Source: an uncultured Dehalococcoidales bacterium (GTDB taxonomy: Bacteria; Chloroflexota; Dehalococcoidia; Dehalococcoidales; UBA1222). Taken from it: a DNA stretch of 55,237 nucleotides. The DNA lies in contig CAYRSY010000001.1 of assembly GCA_964427105.1 (NCBI GenBank), positions 1 to 55,237 of the forward strand, written 5' to 3'. The stretch's first letter is position 1; every line of letters starts with the position of its first letter. Below, piece after piece: positions 43,704-54,506 of the stretch. A model generated the notes under the pieces. That model was not told the DNA's origin and searched no databases. It was given only the letters and a program-made list of their open reading frames with translations. Both the position numbers and the translations under genes were made by a program.

Positions 43704-44069
43704 TTAGAATTCCAACCCGGCTTTGCGGGCGGCCTCAGCCAGTTGCTTAACACGTCCGTGATACTTATAGCCGCCGCGATCAAACACGACCTGCTTGACG
43801 CCTGCTTTCAATGCCCTCTCGGCTACAGTGGCGCCGACAAGATCAGCCTGCTCGGCTTTTTTCTTGCCCTCCACTTTCTTGGCAATTTCAGGTTCCAGGG
43901 TAGAGGCAGATGTCAATGTATGCCCCTGCTCATCGTCTATCACCTGCACATATATATGCTGCAGACTACGGAAAACACATAGTCTCGGCCTGACCGCCGT
44001 GCCTTTCAGCGTAGCGCGTATCCTGGCATGGCGTGTCTGGCGTGCTTTTCTTGTATTAAGCTTTGCCAT
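43704..44069 (-). CDS. rplR: 50S ribosomal protein L18
   Basis: 121 aa, [43 protein letters not shown]. Confidence 0.95.
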   Translation of the reverse strand: MAKLNTRKARQTRHARIRATLKGTAVRPRLCVFRSLQHIYVQVIDDEQGHTLTSASTLEPEIAKKVEGKKKAEQADLVGATVAERALKAGVKQVVFDRGGYKYHGRVKQLAEAARKAGLEF

Positions 44070-44632
44070 TATTTCGTTTTACCTCCACCGACAGCCTTGC
44101 CGGCCTTACCCGGTTTAAGCTTGACGGTCTCGCCGGCGTAGCGGATGCCCTTACCCTTGTAAGCATCCGGCGGGCGGATGCGTCTAATCTCAGCGGCTGT
44201 CTGGCCGACGGTTTCTTTATCGATTCCTGATACTTTTACATTCAAATTTTTAGCGTCCACATCCAGCTTAATGCCGGCGCGAGGCTTTATGGTAACGGTA
44301 TGAGTAAAACCCACCCGCAGGCTTACGTTGTCTCCCTCTTTTTCGGCGCGGAACCCCACCCCTACTATCTCGAGATTTTTCTCGTAACCCTTGGTGACGC
44401 CTTCCACCATGTTTGCCAGCAGGCTGCGTGTAAGACCATGCATAGCGCGATGGGATTTGTCATCAGACGGCCGCTCTACCGTAAGCGCCCCGCCATCAAG
44501 TTTAAGCTTCATATCAGGATTGATATCCCTCTTGAGCTCGCCTTTAGGTCCCTTGACACTGACGACATTTTCTTTAATATTTACCACCACACCAGGTGGT
44601 ATTGTTATGGGCATACGACCTATTCTGGACAT
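44069..44632 (-). CDS. rplF: 50S ribosomal protein L6
   Basis: MSRIGR.PI.IP.GV...I....[10 protein letters not shown]-terminus, [15 protein letters not shown]-terminus. Confidence 0.95.
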   Translation of the reverse strand: MSRIGRMPITIPPGVVVNIKENVVSVKGPKGELKRDINPDMKLKLDGGALTVERPSDDKSHRAMHGLTRSLLANMVEGVTKGYEKNLEIVGVGFRAEKEGDNVSLRVGFTHTVTIKPRAGIKLDVDAKNLNVKVSGIDKETVGQTAAEIRRIRPPDAYKGKGIRYAGETVKLKPGKAGKAVGGGKTK

Positions 44633-44653
44633 AATTTTGACCTCTAATTCTAT

Positions 44654-45052
44654 TTACCAGATATAACACAAAAGTTCGCCGCCCAATCCCTGCTTCCAGG
44701 CCTTATGACTGGGCACAACCCCGCGCGAAGTGGAAAGTATGGCTATTCCCATTCCTCCGTATACACGCGGAATTTCATTGCGCTGAACATATACGCGCAA
44801 GCCGGGTTTGCTCATGCGTTTCAGTCCATTTATCATGGGCTTATTACGCTCCTGATACTTGAGCGTTATTTTTAACTGCTTCTCGATTCCGGTTCCGGTC
44901 TCCTCGTACCCGTCGATATAGCCTTCCTGTTTTAAAATCTTTGCGATATTTACTTTCATCTTGGAAACCGGCATGCTGACACTGTCGTGCCGCGCCATGG
45001 CGCCATTCCGCATCCGGGTCAACATATCAGCTATAGGATCACTTACTGCCAT
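44654..45052 (-). CDS. rpsH: 30S ribosomal protein S8
   Basis: 132 aa, [12 protein letters not shown]-terminus, GG(E)LLCYIW C-terminus. Confidence 0.95.
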   Translation of the reverse strand: MAVSDPIADMLTRMRNGAMARHDSVSMPVSKMKVNIAKILKQEGYIDGYEETGTGIEKQLKITLKYQERNKPMINGLKRMSKPGLRVYVQRNEIPRVYGGMGIAILSTSRGVVPSHKAWKQGLGGELLCYIW

Positions 45053-45078
45053 CCGCTTATTCCTCCGTTTCTTTCAAT

Positions 45079-45264
45079 CTACCAGCTGGATTTGCGCACG
45101 CCGGGTATCTGTCCTGACAAAGATAGTTTGCGGAAACAGATACGGCACAAACCAAACAAGCGGATATAACCCCGCGAGCGTCCGCAAAGATGGCAGCGGT
45201 TATGCTGCTGCACTCGATATTTGGTAGGTCGCTTTGCTTTTACAATTTCTGATGTCTTAGCCAT
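45079..45264 (-). CDS. rpsN: 30S ribosomal protein S14, type Z (zinc-binding)
   Basis: 61 aa, CHLCGR...GLCRICFR CxxC-CxxC pattern, C-terminal KSSW. Confidence 0.93.
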   Translation of the reverse strand: MAKTSEIVKAKRPTKYRVQQHNRCHLCGRSRGYIRLFGLCRICFRKLSLSGQIPGVRKSSW

Positions 45265-45278
45265 TTTAACCTCGTTCC

Positions 45279-45818
45279 TTAGTCCTTAGTGAAAGGCATG
45301 CCGAGAAGCTCAAGCAACTGGCGGCCCTCTTCATCGGTTCTGGCGGAAGTAACCACACATACTTCCAGCCCGCGCAGCTTGTCAACCTTTTCGAATTCTA
45401 TCTCTGGAAAGACAGTCTGTTCCTTTAATCCCAGGGTATAATTGCCGCGGCCGTCCCAGCTATTGGGAACACCGGCAAACTCGCGGATACGCGGCAACAC
45501 AATACTTATGAGTCTATCCAGAAACTCATACATGCGTGCTCCCCGCAATGTTACCTTGACGCCAACCGGCATACCTACACGCAGCTTGAAGGCCGAAATA
45601 GATTTGGTAGAACGGCGTATAATAGCATGCTGTCCAGAAATAGCCGCGAGATCCGCCTGAGCGGCTTCTATAGCCTTGGCATTGGTAACAGCTTCTCCAG
45701 CGCCTATATTAAGCACTATCTTCTGTATGCGCGGCACCTGCATTACATTCGAATATCCGCCCTTTTCTATAAGAGCCGGAATAACTTCCTTGCGGTATTT
45801 ATCTTGCAGTCTTGACAT
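45279..45818 (-). CDS. rplE: 50S ribosomal protein L5
   Basis: [16 protein letters not shown]... start at ATG 45818, immediately after the rplX stop. The track ORF to 46028 overlaps rplX out of frame and is spurious in its first 70 codons. Confidence 0.93.
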   Translation of the reverse strand: MSRLQDKYRKEVIPALIEKGGYSNVMQVPRIQKIVLNIGAGEAVTNAKAIEAAQADLAAISGQHAIIRRSTKSISAFKLRVGMPVGVKVTLRGARMYEFLDRLISIVLPRIREFAGVPNSWDGRGNYTLGLKEQTVFPEIEFEKVDKLRGLEVCVVTSARTDEEGRQLLELLGMPFTKD

Positions 45819-45819
45819 T

Positions 45820-46131
45820 TTAGTCCAACACCTCTTGGCACACTTTGCAGTAACGCACGCGCTTGCCGTCATCCAATGTCTTATTGCCCGCACGCGCCGG
45901 TTTGTTGCATTTGGGGCAGAGCAGCATGACATTGGAAACCTCAAGCAGTTCTTCTCTCTCGATAATGCCTGCCTGTCTTGTCTCTCCACGCGGTCTGGTG
46001 TGCTTTTTAATAAAGTTGACGCCTTCAACCATCACTTTGCTGTCTCTGGGATAAGCAAAGCGCACTTTACCCTTTTTACCTTTGTCCTTGCCTGCGATCA
46101 CCAGTACGGTGTCATTCTTTTTGATATTCAT
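45820..46131 (-). CDS. rplX: 50S ribosomal protein L24
   Basis: 103 aa, [21 protein letters not shown] motif. Confidence 0.95.
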   Translation of the reverse strand: MNIKKNDTVLVIAGKDKGKKGKVRFAYPRDSKVMVEGVNFIKKHTRPRGETRQAGIIEREELLEVSNVMLLCPKCNKPARAGNKTLDDGKRVRYCKVCQEVLD

Positions 46132-46144
46132 AATACTAATCCAC

Positions 46145-46513
46145 CTAAAGCACTTCTGGCGCCAATGAAAGAATCTTGGTAAAGTTCTTCTCCCTCAGCT
46201 CTCTCGCTACCGGACCAAATATGCGAGTGCCTTTGGGATTATTTTTATCCGTCAATATAACACCGGCATTATCATCAAAACGAATATAGGATCCATCAGG
46301 ACGCCTGTATGGCTGTGCGACACGCACAATCACTACCTGCACCACTTCTCCCTTTTTTACAGTAGCCTCGGGTGTGGCTTTTTTTACGGCGCAGGCAATC
46401 ACATCGCCCACGTGAGCATCCTTGCGCCCAGTGCCACCCGGAATGTTAATACACATAAGTTGACGGGCTCCGGTGTTATCCGCCACTCTCAATCTGGTAT
46501 AAGGTTTAATCAC
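46145..46513 (-). CDS. rplN: 50S ribosomal protein L14
   Basis: 122 aa, (M)[28 protein letters not shown]; GTG start. Confidence 0.95.
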   Translation of the reverse strand: MIKPYTRLRVADNTGARQLMCINIPGGTGRKDAHVGDVIACAVKKATPEATVKKGEVVQVVIVRVAQPYRRPDGSYIRFDDNAGVILTDKNNPKGTRIFGPVARELREKNFTKILSLAPEVL

Positions 46514-46525
46514 GGTAATACCTCT

Positions 46526-46804
46526 TTATTTAACTTCCTCTGGCTTGACATCAGGCACTTCACCACGGCTAAGTATCTCAGCCACGCGCCAGCGTTTCAA
46601 CTTGGAAATAGGCCTCGTTTCCACAATGCGAACCTTGTCTTCCAGTTTGCATTCTCCTTGTTCATCATGAACAAGGTATTTCACCATTACACGGTAAGTC
46701 TTGCGGTATAAAGGATGGTGCTTCTGTTTTTCAACAGATACCACTACCGTCTTATTCATCTTGGTGCCAACCACCTTGCCGGTCATGCTTTTAATAATTG
46801 CCAT
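46526..46804 (-). CDS. rpsQ: 30S ribosomal protein S17
   Basis: 92 aa, G.VV..KM.KT.VV.VE....HPLY.K, VHDE......GD.V.I.E.RP.SK.K.W. Confidence 0.95.
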   Translation of the reverse strand: MAIIKSMTGKVVGTKMNKTVVVSVEKQKHHPLYRKTYRVMVKYLVHDEQGECKLEDKVRIVETRPISKLKRWRVAEILSRGEVPDVKPEEVK

Positions 46805-46808
46805 AATC

Positions 46809-47012
46809 CTAGTCCTGCCTTATACCCAGTTCACGTTCCCGCTTTACGGTCTTCATCCTGGCTATATCACGCTTGGTCTGCGGTATCTCGCGATGATTTT
46901 TTATCTGTCTGGTAGCTGCTTTAAAGCGCATATCCAGCAGTCCGCGATACGCATCATTGATTTTTTTATCCATCTCCTCGTTGCCGAGGACTCTTATATC
47001 TTTAATCTTCAA
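46809..47012 (-). CDS. rpmC: 50S ribosomal protein L29
   Basis: 67 aa helical protein in the L29 slot between rplP and rpsQ, IKDIR....EEM....N pattern; TTG start overlapping the rplP stop. Confidence 0.9.
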   Translation of the reverse strand: MKIKDIRVLGNEEMDKKINDAYRGLLDMRFKAATRQIKNHREIPQTKRDIARMKTVKRERELGIRQD

Positions 47013-47460
47013 CGGCGTTCAGCTCCTTTTCCTTGGTTCCCGCTCCGCTGATTACATCCCTGGCGATAAAACGGGTATCAAAGGGCAATTTATATGAAGC
47101 CAGGCGCATAGCTTCCTTGGCAGTAGCATGATCAACACCGCCCAGTTCAAATAATATACGTCCTGTTTTGATGACGGCCACCCAATGATCGGGAGCGCCT
47201 TTACCTCCGCCCATACGGGTTTCAGCAGGCTTTGAAGTCACGGGCTTGTCAGGGAAGACTCGTATCCACACCTTGCCGCCGCGCTTTACACTACGCACAA
47301 TTGCACGTCGGGCAGCCTCTATCTGGCGAGCAGTCATCCAGGCAGATCCTATTGCCTGCAGCCCGTATTCGCCAAAAGCCAGAGTAGCCCCGCTATGCGC
47401 CCCGCCGCTGCGGCGTCCCTTATGCGTTTTCCTGAATTTTACACGTTTCGGTTGTAACAT
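47002..47460 (-). CDS. rplP: 50S ribosomal protein L16
   Basis: [16 protein letters not shown]-terminus, [22 protein letters not shown]. Confidence 0.95.
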   Translation of the reverse strand: MLQPKRVKFRKTHKGRRSGGAHSGATLAFGEYGLQAIGSAWMTARQIEAARRAIVRSVKRGGKVWIRVFPDKPVTSKPAETRMGGGKGAPDHWVAVIKTGRILFELGGVDHATAKEAMRLASYKLPFDTRFIARDVISGAGTKEKELNAVED

Positions 47461-47495
47461 CTGGTTCCCTCAATTGCACAGAGTCTGGGACCCTG

Positions 47496-48536
47496 CTATT
47501 CTTCCTTGCTTTTAGTCTTTGACTTACTTTCCTTGGCATCCACAGTTTTAGCTTTTACAGCCTTGGGCTTAGACGGCTTTTCTTCTTCTTGCGCGTCTGC
47601 TTTTACCTCAGCAGCTTCACTTTTCTTTGCCCGGGGCTTGGCCTTTTTCGAAGCTTCCTCTTTTTCTTTCGAAGTTTCAACCGGCTGTTCTTTATCTTCG
47701 ACAACAGGCGCTTCTACCGGTTTCTTTCTGGTTCTTGGTTTTTTAACCTCAGCGGCGGGAGCTTCTGCGGCATCTTTAGAAGGCACTTCCTTCATATTAG
47801 CAACGGCCTCAGCCATAGTAATATCTTTGGCAGGAACGGTCTCAGCCACAGGAGTCGCGCTAACAACCGGAGTTTCAACAATTTCCGGCGCTTCAGGAGT
47901 TTCTACGGCTTTGAAAATATCGCCGCGATATATCCAGACTTTAACGCCTATGCGTCCCAATGTAGTTTGCGCTTCCGAAAACCCGTAATCCACATCTGCC
48001 CTCAACGTTTGCAGAGGAACGCGGCCCTGATGCATCAATTGTCTCCGCGCGATTTCCACCCCACCCAAACGCCCTGAGCAAAGTATTCTCATCCCCTTGG
48101 CGCCCGCTTGAATCGTACGGAACAGGCTCTGTTTCATAGCGCGGCGATAAGCAACACGGCGCTCCATCTGTTCAGCTACAGACCGGGCCACCAGATAAGC
48201 ATCCAGTTCCGGTTGACGTATCTCACGCACATCGAGCTGTATTTTCTTTCCGCCCATCACGCCTTCAAGATACTTGCGCATCTCTTCTACGCGCTGTCCG
48301 CCGCGGCCGATAACTATACCAGGTCTGGAAGTATGTATGGTAACAGCTACTTTGTTAGCCTGCCGCTCTATTTCCACAAGAGAAATACTGGCATCCTTGT
48401 ATTTTGTCTGGATAGCTCTTCTGAGCCTGACATCTTCCAGTATAAAATCAGCATAATGCTTGTCGTCATACCATTTGGACTGCCAGTCGCGTATAACTCC
48501 AAGACGGAACCCCATTGGATGAACTTTGCGTCCCAT
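47496..48536 (-). CDS. rpsC: 30S ribosomal protein S3 with a long low-complexity C-terminal extension
   Basis: [14 protein letters not shown]-terminus, KH domain [19 protein letters not shown]. The conserved core ends near aa 208; aa 209-346 are K/E/A/P-rich. Confidence 0.93.
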   Translation of the reverse strand: MGRKVHPMGFRLGVIRDWQSKWYDDKHYADFILEDVRLRRAIQTKYKDASISLVEIERQANKVAVTIHTSRPGIVIGRGGQRVEEMRKYLEGVMGGKKIQLDVREIRQPELDAYLVARSVAEQMERRVAYRRAMKQSLFRTIQAGAKGMRILCSGRLGGVEIARRQLMHQGRVPLQTLRADVDYGFSEAQTTLGRIGVKVWIYRGDIFKAVETPEAPEIVETPVVSATPVAETVPAKDITMAEAVANMKEVPSKDAAEAPAAEVKKPRTRKKPVEAPVVEDKEQPVETSKEKEEASKKAKPRAKKSEAAEVKADAQEEEKPSKPKAVKAKTVDAKESKSKTKSKEE

Positions 48537-48874
48537 TAGCCCTCCTGCTCCGCCACTACAACAGTTACATGGCTGGAACGTTTTAAAACCTTATCAGCTC
48601 TGCCTCTCGCTCTCGGTTGAAAGCGTTTCAGCATCGGCGCATCATCAGCATAAATCTTCACTATTTTTAAATCTGCAATTGCCAGTTGAAAATTATTCTC
48701 GGCATCAGCCGCAGCAGCTTTTATCACCTTGGCAACCATTTTAGCAGAGGGCGAAACGGCAAACTGAAGCAAATTAAGCGCATCATCCACTCTCTTGCCG
48801 CGCACCATGTCCAGCAAGAGACGCACCTTTCGGGATGATATACCCGTGTTTTTGGCTACTGATTTTACTTCCAT
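48536..48874 (-). CDS. rplV: 50S ribosomal protein L22
   Basis: 112 aa, SSRKVRLLLD.VRGK.V..AL..L.F, RA.GRA..V.KR.SH.TVVV. Confidence 0.95.
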   Translation of the reverse strand: MEVKSVAKNTGISSRKVRLLLDMVRGKRVDDALNLLQFAVSPSAKMVAKVIKAAAADAENNFQLAIADLKIVKIYADDAPMLKRFQPRARGRADKVLKRSSHVTVVVAEQEG

Positions 48875-48876
48875 CT

Positions 48877-49164
48877 CTAGCCCTTCACCTGGGTTGTTTT
48901 TTCCGCCTTGGCTGCATGCCCGCGGAAAGTGCGCGTTACGGCAAATTCACCCAATTTATGGCCTACCATATTTTCAGTGATAAAAATCGGTACATGCCGT
49001 CTGCCGTCATAAACCCCGACGTTCAATCCCACCATCTGCGGAAGAATAGTTGACCAGCGAGCCCAGGTTTTTATAACAACTTTCTTTCCCGAACTATTAA
49101 CATCGTCAACTTTCTTCATCAGTTTGACATCTACGGCCGGTCCTTTTTTTACTGACCTTGACAT
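48877..49164 (-). CDS. rpsS: 30S ribosomal protein S19
   Basis: [10 protein letters not shown]-terminus, [29 protein letters not shown]. Confidence 0.95.
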   Translation of the reverse strand: MSRSVKKGPAVDVKLMKKVDDVNSSGKKVVIKTWARWSTILPQMVGLNVGVYDGRRHVPIFITENMVGHKLGEFAVTRTFRGHAAKAEKTTQVKG

Positions 49165-49992
49165 TTATTTACCTCGCCGTTTAACAATTAATTTATCTGA
49201 ATGTTTTGGCTTGCGCGTCTTGTACCCCAGCGCCGGCTTGCCCCAGGGAGTCTTGGGGCCTGCCATACCAATAGGCGAACGACCTTCGCCTCCGCCATGA
49301 GCATGGTCTCTGGGCGACATAGCTGTGCCGCGCACTGACGGCCTCCAGCCTTTAAGGCGGTTACGCCCGGCTTTACCTAACTTGACATTGGCGTGATCCG
49401 AATTGCCTACCTGCCCGACAGTCGCCCTGCATTCGGCACGAAATCTGCGCATCTCACCTGACGGCAGCCGGATAAGCACATAATCGCCTTCTTTGGCCAT
49501 TAACTGAGCGGTAGTACCTGCGCTGCGAACCATTTTACCGCCGCGCCCAACTTCCGTTTCAATATTGTGTATCAAAGTGCCGGTAGGCATGTTTTTCATG
49601 GGAAGCATGTTTCCCGGCTTGAGCTCCGCATCATCAGCTACTTTAATAACGTCGTTTACATTCATTCCGCTGGGAGAAACGATGTATCGCTTATCGCCAT
49701 CGGCATAATGAACCAGCGCCAGGTTCGCAGAACGGTTGGGATCGTACTCGATAGCTGCCACTCGTCCGGGAACTCCCGCTTTATCGCGTTTAAAATCGAC
49801 CACCCTCAACATACGCTTGACGCCTGAGCCGCGGTGTCTAACGGTCACTTTTCCCTGAACATTACGGCCGCCGCGCCCTTTTTGAGGAACAACCAGCGCC
49901 TTTTCAGGGGTTTTCTTTGTAATCTCTTCGTAAGTCAGCCCTGTCATTCCCCGCCGCCCCGGCGAGGTAGGCCGATAAATTCTAATACCCAT
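49165..49992 (-). CDS. rplB: 50S ribosomal protein L2
   Basis: 275 aa, [37 protein letters not shown]. Confidence 0.95.
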   Translation of the reverse strand: MGIRIYRPTSPGRRGMTGLTYEEITKKTPEKALVVPQKGRGGRNVQGKVTVRHRGSGVKRMLRVVDFKRDKAGVPGRVAAIEYDPNRSANLALVHYADGDKRYIVSPSGMNVNDVIKVADDAELKPGNMLPMKNMPTGTLIHNIETEVGRGGKMVRSAGTTAQLMAKEGDYVLIRLPSGEMRRFRAECRATVGQVGNSDHANVKLGKAGRNRLKGWRPSVRGTAMSPRDHAHGGGEGRSPIGMAGPKTPWGKPALGYKTRKPKHSDKLIVKRRGK

Positions 49993-50007
49993 GTCCTATC
50001 TTACTCC

Positions 50008-50301
50008 TTAGACGCCCTCAAAAAGCTCGATTTTATCGCCGGCTTTCAGCGTTACAACGGCTTTTTTCCAGGGAGATGTGGTCATCGTGCGTCTTCCCGC
50101 ATGACGCGTTTTGCCTTTGACAGTGATAACATTGACACCCGTTACAGTAACCTTAAAAGCCTTTTCCACAGCCATTTTTATCTGCGTTTTATTGGCTCCA
50201 TCAGCTACCTGAAAAGCATATTTTCCAAGGCTCTGTAAAGCAGTGCTTTTTTCGGTAATCAGCGGTTTGCGCAGCACTTCAAAAATCTGTATCTCTTTCA
50301 T
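50008..50301 (-). CDS. rplW: 50S ribosomal protein L23
   Basis: 97 aa, L..P.ITEKS, F.V...ANK..IK.AVE..F.V.V..VN. Confidence 0.95.
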   Translation of the reverse strand: MKEIQIFEVLRKPLITEKSTALQSLGKYAFQVADGANKTQIKMAVEKAFKVTVTGVNVITVKGKTRHAGRRTMTTSPWKKAVVTLKAGDKIELFEGV

Positions 50302-50927
50302 TATGCTTTATCCCCCCACAGCTCTTCCACCTGCCGCAGGGCAGCTTCTGTCATAAGCAATTTTTCATAAGAGAGCATGTCAGTCACATTGAGCAACCTG
50401 GCAGGCATGGTTTTAACAGAAGGTATATTTCGGGCGCTCTTAATAATAGTCTCATCCACTTCGGGAAGAGCAAGAAGAACGCTCTCAACACCAAGAGCTT
50501 TCATAACCTTTACTATTTCGCTGGTTTTAGGCGATTCAAGCTTTAGTTCATCCAGCACCACAAGCTCCTGCCCTGCAACTTTCGAAGACAGCACGCATTT
50601 AATAGCCAGACGGCGCATCTTCCTGGGCAAAGAAACCGAATAGTCGCGAGGATGAGGGCCAAAGATAATACCTCCACCCCGGCGCAGACCGCTTTTTATC
50701 GATCCTGAACGCGCACGGCCGGTGTGTTTCTGAGCATACAACTTTTTAGAGCTTCCTGCCACTTCACTGCGAGTTTTGGTATCCGAAGTGCCCTGACGCG
50801 CGTTGGCACGCTGAGCTACCAGCGCCTGATGAACCACAGCGTCGTTCGCCGGCTGGGCAAACACAGCATCGCTAACCTCTATATTGCGTACTACTTCACC
50901 TGACACATTATAAACTGGAATGTTCAC
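50301..50927 (-). CDS. rplD: 50S ribosomal protein L4
   Basis: 208 aa, VV.A..AN.RQGT..TKTRSEV.GS.KK...QKHTGRAR.GS; GTG start. Confidence 0.95.
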   Translation of the reverse strand: MNIPVYNVSGEVVRNIEVSDAVFAQPANDAVVHQALVAQRANARQGTSDTKTRSEVAGSSKKLYAQKHTGRARSGSIKSGLRRGGGIIFGPHPRDYSVSLPRKMRRLAIKCVLSSKVAGQELVVLDELKLESPKTSEIVKVMKALGVESVLLALPEVDETIIKSARNIPSVKTMPARLLNVTDMLSYEKLLMTEAALRQVEELWGDKA

Positions 50928-51553
50928 TTGTTACTCCCACTGGACTTTCCGATTAGAAGCAGTCCGTTCTTGGCCCCAGGCACAGCGCCTTTAACCAGAA
51001 GAAGATTGCGCTCAACATCGGCCTGAAGTACCTCCATATTGCGCACGGTAACCCTGTCGTCACCCATATGTCCAGCCATCCGCGTCCCCTTATAAACACG
51101 GCCTGGCGTGGTGCCTGAACCTATGGAGCCAGGACCGCGATGGCGGTCAGATTGGCCATGTGTTTTGGGCCCGCCCCTGAAATTATGACGTTTAACACCG
51201 CCGGCAAAACCGCGTCCTTTTGAAATCCCGGTTACAGTTATTTTATCACCAGGTTTGAACAGGCTTACATCCAGCTTGTCGCCCACATTGACATCCTCAG
51301 CAGTTTCCATCCGAAACTCTCTGAGATATTTGAACTCGCCAAGCCCCTTGCTCTGCCCTTTTTGTACAGAATTGAGCTTTTTGGCTGTCCCAAAACCCAG
51401 CTTGGCGGCGGTGTAGCCGTCGCTTTCGGGAGTTTTAACCTGTACTACAGTGCAGGGACCAGCCTCAATCATAGTAGCCGCTTCGGCGTTTCCCTTCTCG
51501 CCGAAGAACTGCGTCATGCCCAGTTTGCGTCCTATAATTCCTTGTATCATCAT
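50924..51553 (-). CDS. rplC: 50S ribosomal protein L3
   Basis: 209 aa, G.IG.KLGMTQ.F N-terminus, GKG.GFAG..KRHNF.GGP.THG.S..HR.PGSIG. Confidence 0.95.
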   Translation of the reverse strand: MMIQGIIGRKLGMTQFFGEKGNAEAATMIEAGPCTVVQVKTPESDGYTAAKLGFGTAKKLNSVQKGQSKGLGEFKYLREFRMETAEDVNVGDKLDVSLFKPGDKITVTGISKGRGFAGGVKRHNFRGGPKTHGQSDRHRGPGSIGSGTTPGRVYKGTRMAGHMGDDRVTVRNMEVLQADVERNLLLVKGAVPGAKNGLLLIGKSSGSNK

Positions 51554-51559
51554 CGTACC

Positions 51560-51874
51560 TTACTGAGATTTAATGTCTATGCCAACGCCTGAAGGAAGGT
51601 TAAGGTTGGTCAGCGCGTCAATGGTTTTAGACGTTGTTTCCACAATATCTATGATTCTTTTATGAGTGCGCACCTCAAACTGCTCCTGAGAATCCTTATC
51701 GATGAAGGAGCTGCGGATTACGCTGAACTTCTTTATACGGGTTGGCAGAGGCACCGGGCCGGTTACCACCGCGCCCGTTTTTTCCAGCGCTTCCACTATC
51801 TGACGCGCCGCCTGATCCAGTATGCGGTGATCAAATCCCTTAAGCTTAATGCGTATTTTTTGCTTGGTCGTCAT
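51560..51874 (-). CDS. rpsJ: 30S ribosomal protein S10
   Basis: [20 protein letters not shown].....V.RS...DK.S.EQFE.RTHKR. ATG 51874 gives the usual length of about 104 aa. The track ORF starts at GTG 51889. Confidence 0.95.
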   Translation of the reverse strand: MTTKQKIRIKLKGFDHRILDQAARQIVEALEKTGAVVTGPVPLPTRIKKFSVIRSSFIDKDSQEQFEVRTHKRIIDIVETTSKTIDALTNLNLPSGVGIDIKSQ

Positions 51875-51892
51875 TTGCACTTGCCTCACTAA

Positions 51893-53971
51893 CTAGCATT
51901 TACCTGCCGTCTCGGCTTTGATTTCTTCAGCCAGAGACGCCGGAACCTGTTGATATTGATAAAATTCGAGAGAAAAGGTAGCGCGCCCCTGGGTCATGGA
52001 ACGCAGATCGGTGGTATAACCAAAGGTCTTGGCCAGCGGCACAATACCATGCACGGTTGTAGTATCCCCTGTTGTATCAATTGACTCTACACGCCCGCGG
52101 CGGGAATTGAGATCTCCAATAATGTCCCCCATGTACTGTTCGGGGGTGACTACCTCAACCTTCATCACAGGTTCGAGAATAACAGCGTTGCATTTATGTA
52201 AACCATTCTTGAGGGCTAAAGAACCAGCCATTTTGAAGGCCATATCGTTAGAGTCCACTTCATGAAAACTGCCGTCGTATATAGTGGCCTTTACGTCAAC
52301 CACCTGATATCCCGCCAGTCCGCCGGTTTCCAACGCTTCCTTGATGCCTTCGCCTGCGGCTTTTATAAACTCGCGGGGCAAAGCGCCGCCGCGCACTTTA
52401 TCAATATACTCGAATCCTTTTCCGGGATTAGGTTCAAACTCCACCATAACATGGCCATATTGGCCACGGCCGCCGGACTGTCTGACAAAACGGCCTTCCA
52501 CCTTGCCTGGCGAAGTGATAGTTTCTTTATAAGCGACCTTGGGCGCGCCGACATTAGCGCCTACCTTGAATTCACTTAGCAGGCGGCTAACCAGAACATC
52601 CAGGTGCAGCTCGCCCATGCCGCCGATAACCGTCTGTCCGGTCTCATCATTAAACGAAACCTTGAAAGTGGGGTCTTCCTCAGCCAGCTTGGTCAAGCCG
52701 TCAATCATCTTGTCGCGGTCGGCGCGAGTTTTGGGCTCGACAGCCACGGAAATAACCGGCGTCGGGAAAGTTATCGACTCCAGCAAGATGGGATGGGCAA
52801 TATCGCATAAAGTATCGCCTGTAAAAGTGTTCTTGCTGCCCATGGTGGCAACGATGGCACCCGCACCAGCCGATTCAATTTCCTCATGATGATTGGCATG
52901 CATCAAAAGAAGCCGGCCGACGCGTTCCTTATTGTCGCGTGTTGAATTTAAAACAGTGCTGCCGGCTGTTATAGTGCCGGAATAAACACGAAGATAAACC
53001 AGACGGCCTACAAAAGGATCCGAGACTATCTTGAAAGCCAAGGCCGAAAGAGGAGCATCATCAGTGTTAGGACAGATGACTTCGTTGCCTGTTTTTACAT
53101 CGGTAGCCCGTGCAGGCAGCGTATCCAGCGGTGACGGCAGATAATCCACTACGGCATCCAGCAGTGGCTGAACACCCTTGTTTTTCAGAGACGAGCCGCA
53201 AAGCACGGGAATGGCCTTGCCGCTGATAGCCACCCTGCGCAAAGCCGCCTTGATATCGGCTACGCTGATCTCAGTCCCTTCGAGGTAGGCATTCATAATG
53301 TGATCGTCTGATTCCGCCAAGCGCTCTATCATCTTCTGATGATGTTCTTCATAATTGGCTTTCTCTTTATCAGGAATTCCCAGTATTTTAGGAGGATCTT
53401 CCGGCTTTCCCTCATAAACAATAGCCTTGCCTTCGACTAGATCCATCATCCCGACAAAACTGGATTCTTTACCCAGCGGGAGCTGTATAACCACAGGCTT
53501 GGCCTTAAGACGGGTCTCAATCATGCCGACACAGCGGAAAAAGTCAGCGCCGGTGCGGTCAATCTTGTTCACAAAACAGATGCGCGGCACGCCATATCGG
53601 TCAGCCTGTCGCCAGACTGTTTCGGATTGGGCTTCTACGCCAGCCACGCCATCGAAAACCACCACGCCGCCGTCAAGCACGCGTAGACTGCGCTCTACTT
53701 CCGCGGTGAAGTCCACATGTCCCGGAGTATCTATAAGATTGAACCTATAGCCCTTCCACTCACAGGTAGTGGCAGCAGAGCAGATAGTGATGCCGCGGGA
53801 GCGCTCCTGCTCCATCCAGTCCATCACGGTGGTGCCTTCATCGATGTTGCCGATTTTATAGGTGCGCCCTGTATAAAAAAGGATGCGCTCGGTAGTTGTA
53901 GTCTTACCGGCATCGATATGAGCAATGATACCTATATTGCGTATCTTTTCTTTTGAGATACTATCCGTCAT
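51893..53971 (-). CDS. fusA: Translation elongation factor G
   Basis: 692 aa, [23 protein letters not shown]1, DTPGHVDF G3, NK.DR G4, then domains II-V. Confidence 0.96.
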   Translation of the reverse strand: MTDSISKEKIRNIGIIAHIDAGKTTTTERILFYTGRTYKIGNIDEGTTVMDWMEQERSRGITICSAATTCEWKGYRFNLIDTPGHVDFTAEVERSLRVLDGGVVVFDGVAGVEAQSETVWRQADRYGVPRICFVNKIDRTGADFFRCVGMIETRLKAKPVVIQLPLGKESSFVGMMDLVEGKAIVYEGKPEDPPKILGIPDKEKANYEEHHQKMIERLAESDDHIMNAYLEGTEISVADIKAALRRVAISGKAIPVLCGSSLKNKGVQPLLDAVVDYLPSPLDTLPARATDVKTGNEVICPNTDDAPLSALAFKIVSDPFVGRLVYLRVYSGTITAGSTVLNSTRDNKERVGRLLLMHANHHEEIESAGAGAIVATMGSKNTFTGDTLCDIAHPILLESITFPTPVISVAVEPKTRADRDKMIDGLTKLAEEDPTFKVSFNDETGQTVIGGMGELHLDVLVSRLLSEFKVGANVGAPKVAYKETITSPGKVEGRFVRQSGGRGQYGHVMVEFEPNPGKGFEYIDKVRGGALPREFIKAAGEGIKEALETGGLAGYQVVDVKATIYDGSFHEVDSNDMAFKMAGSLALKNGLHKCNAVILEPVMKVEVVTPEQYMGDIIGDLNSRRGRVESIDTTGDTTTVHGIVPLAKTFGYTTDLRSMTQGRATFSLEFYQYQQVPASLAEEIKAETAGKC

Positions 53972-54001
53972 CTTCTTGAAACCTGATCCTTATCTAAAAC
54001 A

Positions 54002-54021
54002 ACGGGCTACTCGTAGCCCGT
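54002..54021 (-). terminator. Terminator/attenuator-like hairpin in the rpsG-fusA spacer
   Basis: Minus strand reads ACGGGCTA-CGAG-TAGCCCGT followed by TGTTTTAG. 8-bp GC-rich stem, located 7 nt after the rpsG stop. Confidence 0.35.
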
Positions 54022-54027
54022 ATGGTT

Positions 54028-54498
54028 TTACCATTTATAATGTGCGAAAGCACGGTTGGCTTCAGCCATTTTATGCGTCTCTTCGCGCTTCTTGACTGCC
54101 GAACCCTGCCCCTTGAAGGCATCCAGCAGTTCGGAGGATAATTTTTCAGCCATAGATTTGCCGCTACGCTGTCGGCTGGCTTTTATCAGCCAGCGTAATG
54201 CCAGAGCCTGATCGCGCCCCTTGCGCACTTCTACAGGCACCTGATAGTTAGCGCCGCCTACGCGACGCGGTCTTACCTCAAGCAAAGGAGTGGCATTAAT
54301 AACCGCCTGCTGTAGTATAGGCAGAGGATCCTTGCCTTCCTTCTCCTGCATAAGATCCATTGCTTCGTAGAAAACACTCTGAGCGGTACTTTTCTTGCCG
54401 CCCAGCATGATTTTCCTGATAAAAACTGTCACCAGTTCACTGTTATACTTGGGATCGGCTTCTATTGCTCTTCTTTTAACAAATGCACGACGAGGCAT
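54028..54498 (-). CDS. rpsG: 30S ribosomal protein S7
   Basis: MPRR......R....DPKY N-terminus, C-terminal NRAFAHYKW; AGGAGGG RBS. Confidence 0.95.
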   Translation of the reverse strand: MPRRAFVKRRAIEADPKYNSELVTVFIRKIMLGGKKSTAQSVFYEAMDLMQEKEGKDPLPILQQAVINATPLLEVRPRRVGGANYQVPVEVRKGRDQALALRWLIKASRQRSGKSMAEKLSSELLDAFKGQGSAVKKREETHKMAEANRAFAHYKW

Positions 54499-54506
54499 TT
54501 TCCCTC

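Noticed and set aside
45819-46028. N-terminal 70 codons of the 249-aa track ORF containing L5. Analogous over-extensions occur at rpmD to 43238, rpmJ to 39624, rpsL to 54989 and rpsJ to 51889
   Set aside because: The extensions overlap the upstream ribosomal gene in another frame and are non-conserved in sequence character. Canonical N-termini with RBS exist internally.
47506-48077. Plus-strand ORFs of 160-162 aa opposite the S3 tail
   Set aside because: They arise from the low-complexity repeat-like coding of the S3 C-terminal extension. The translations are Ser/Ala/Phe-rich nonsense.
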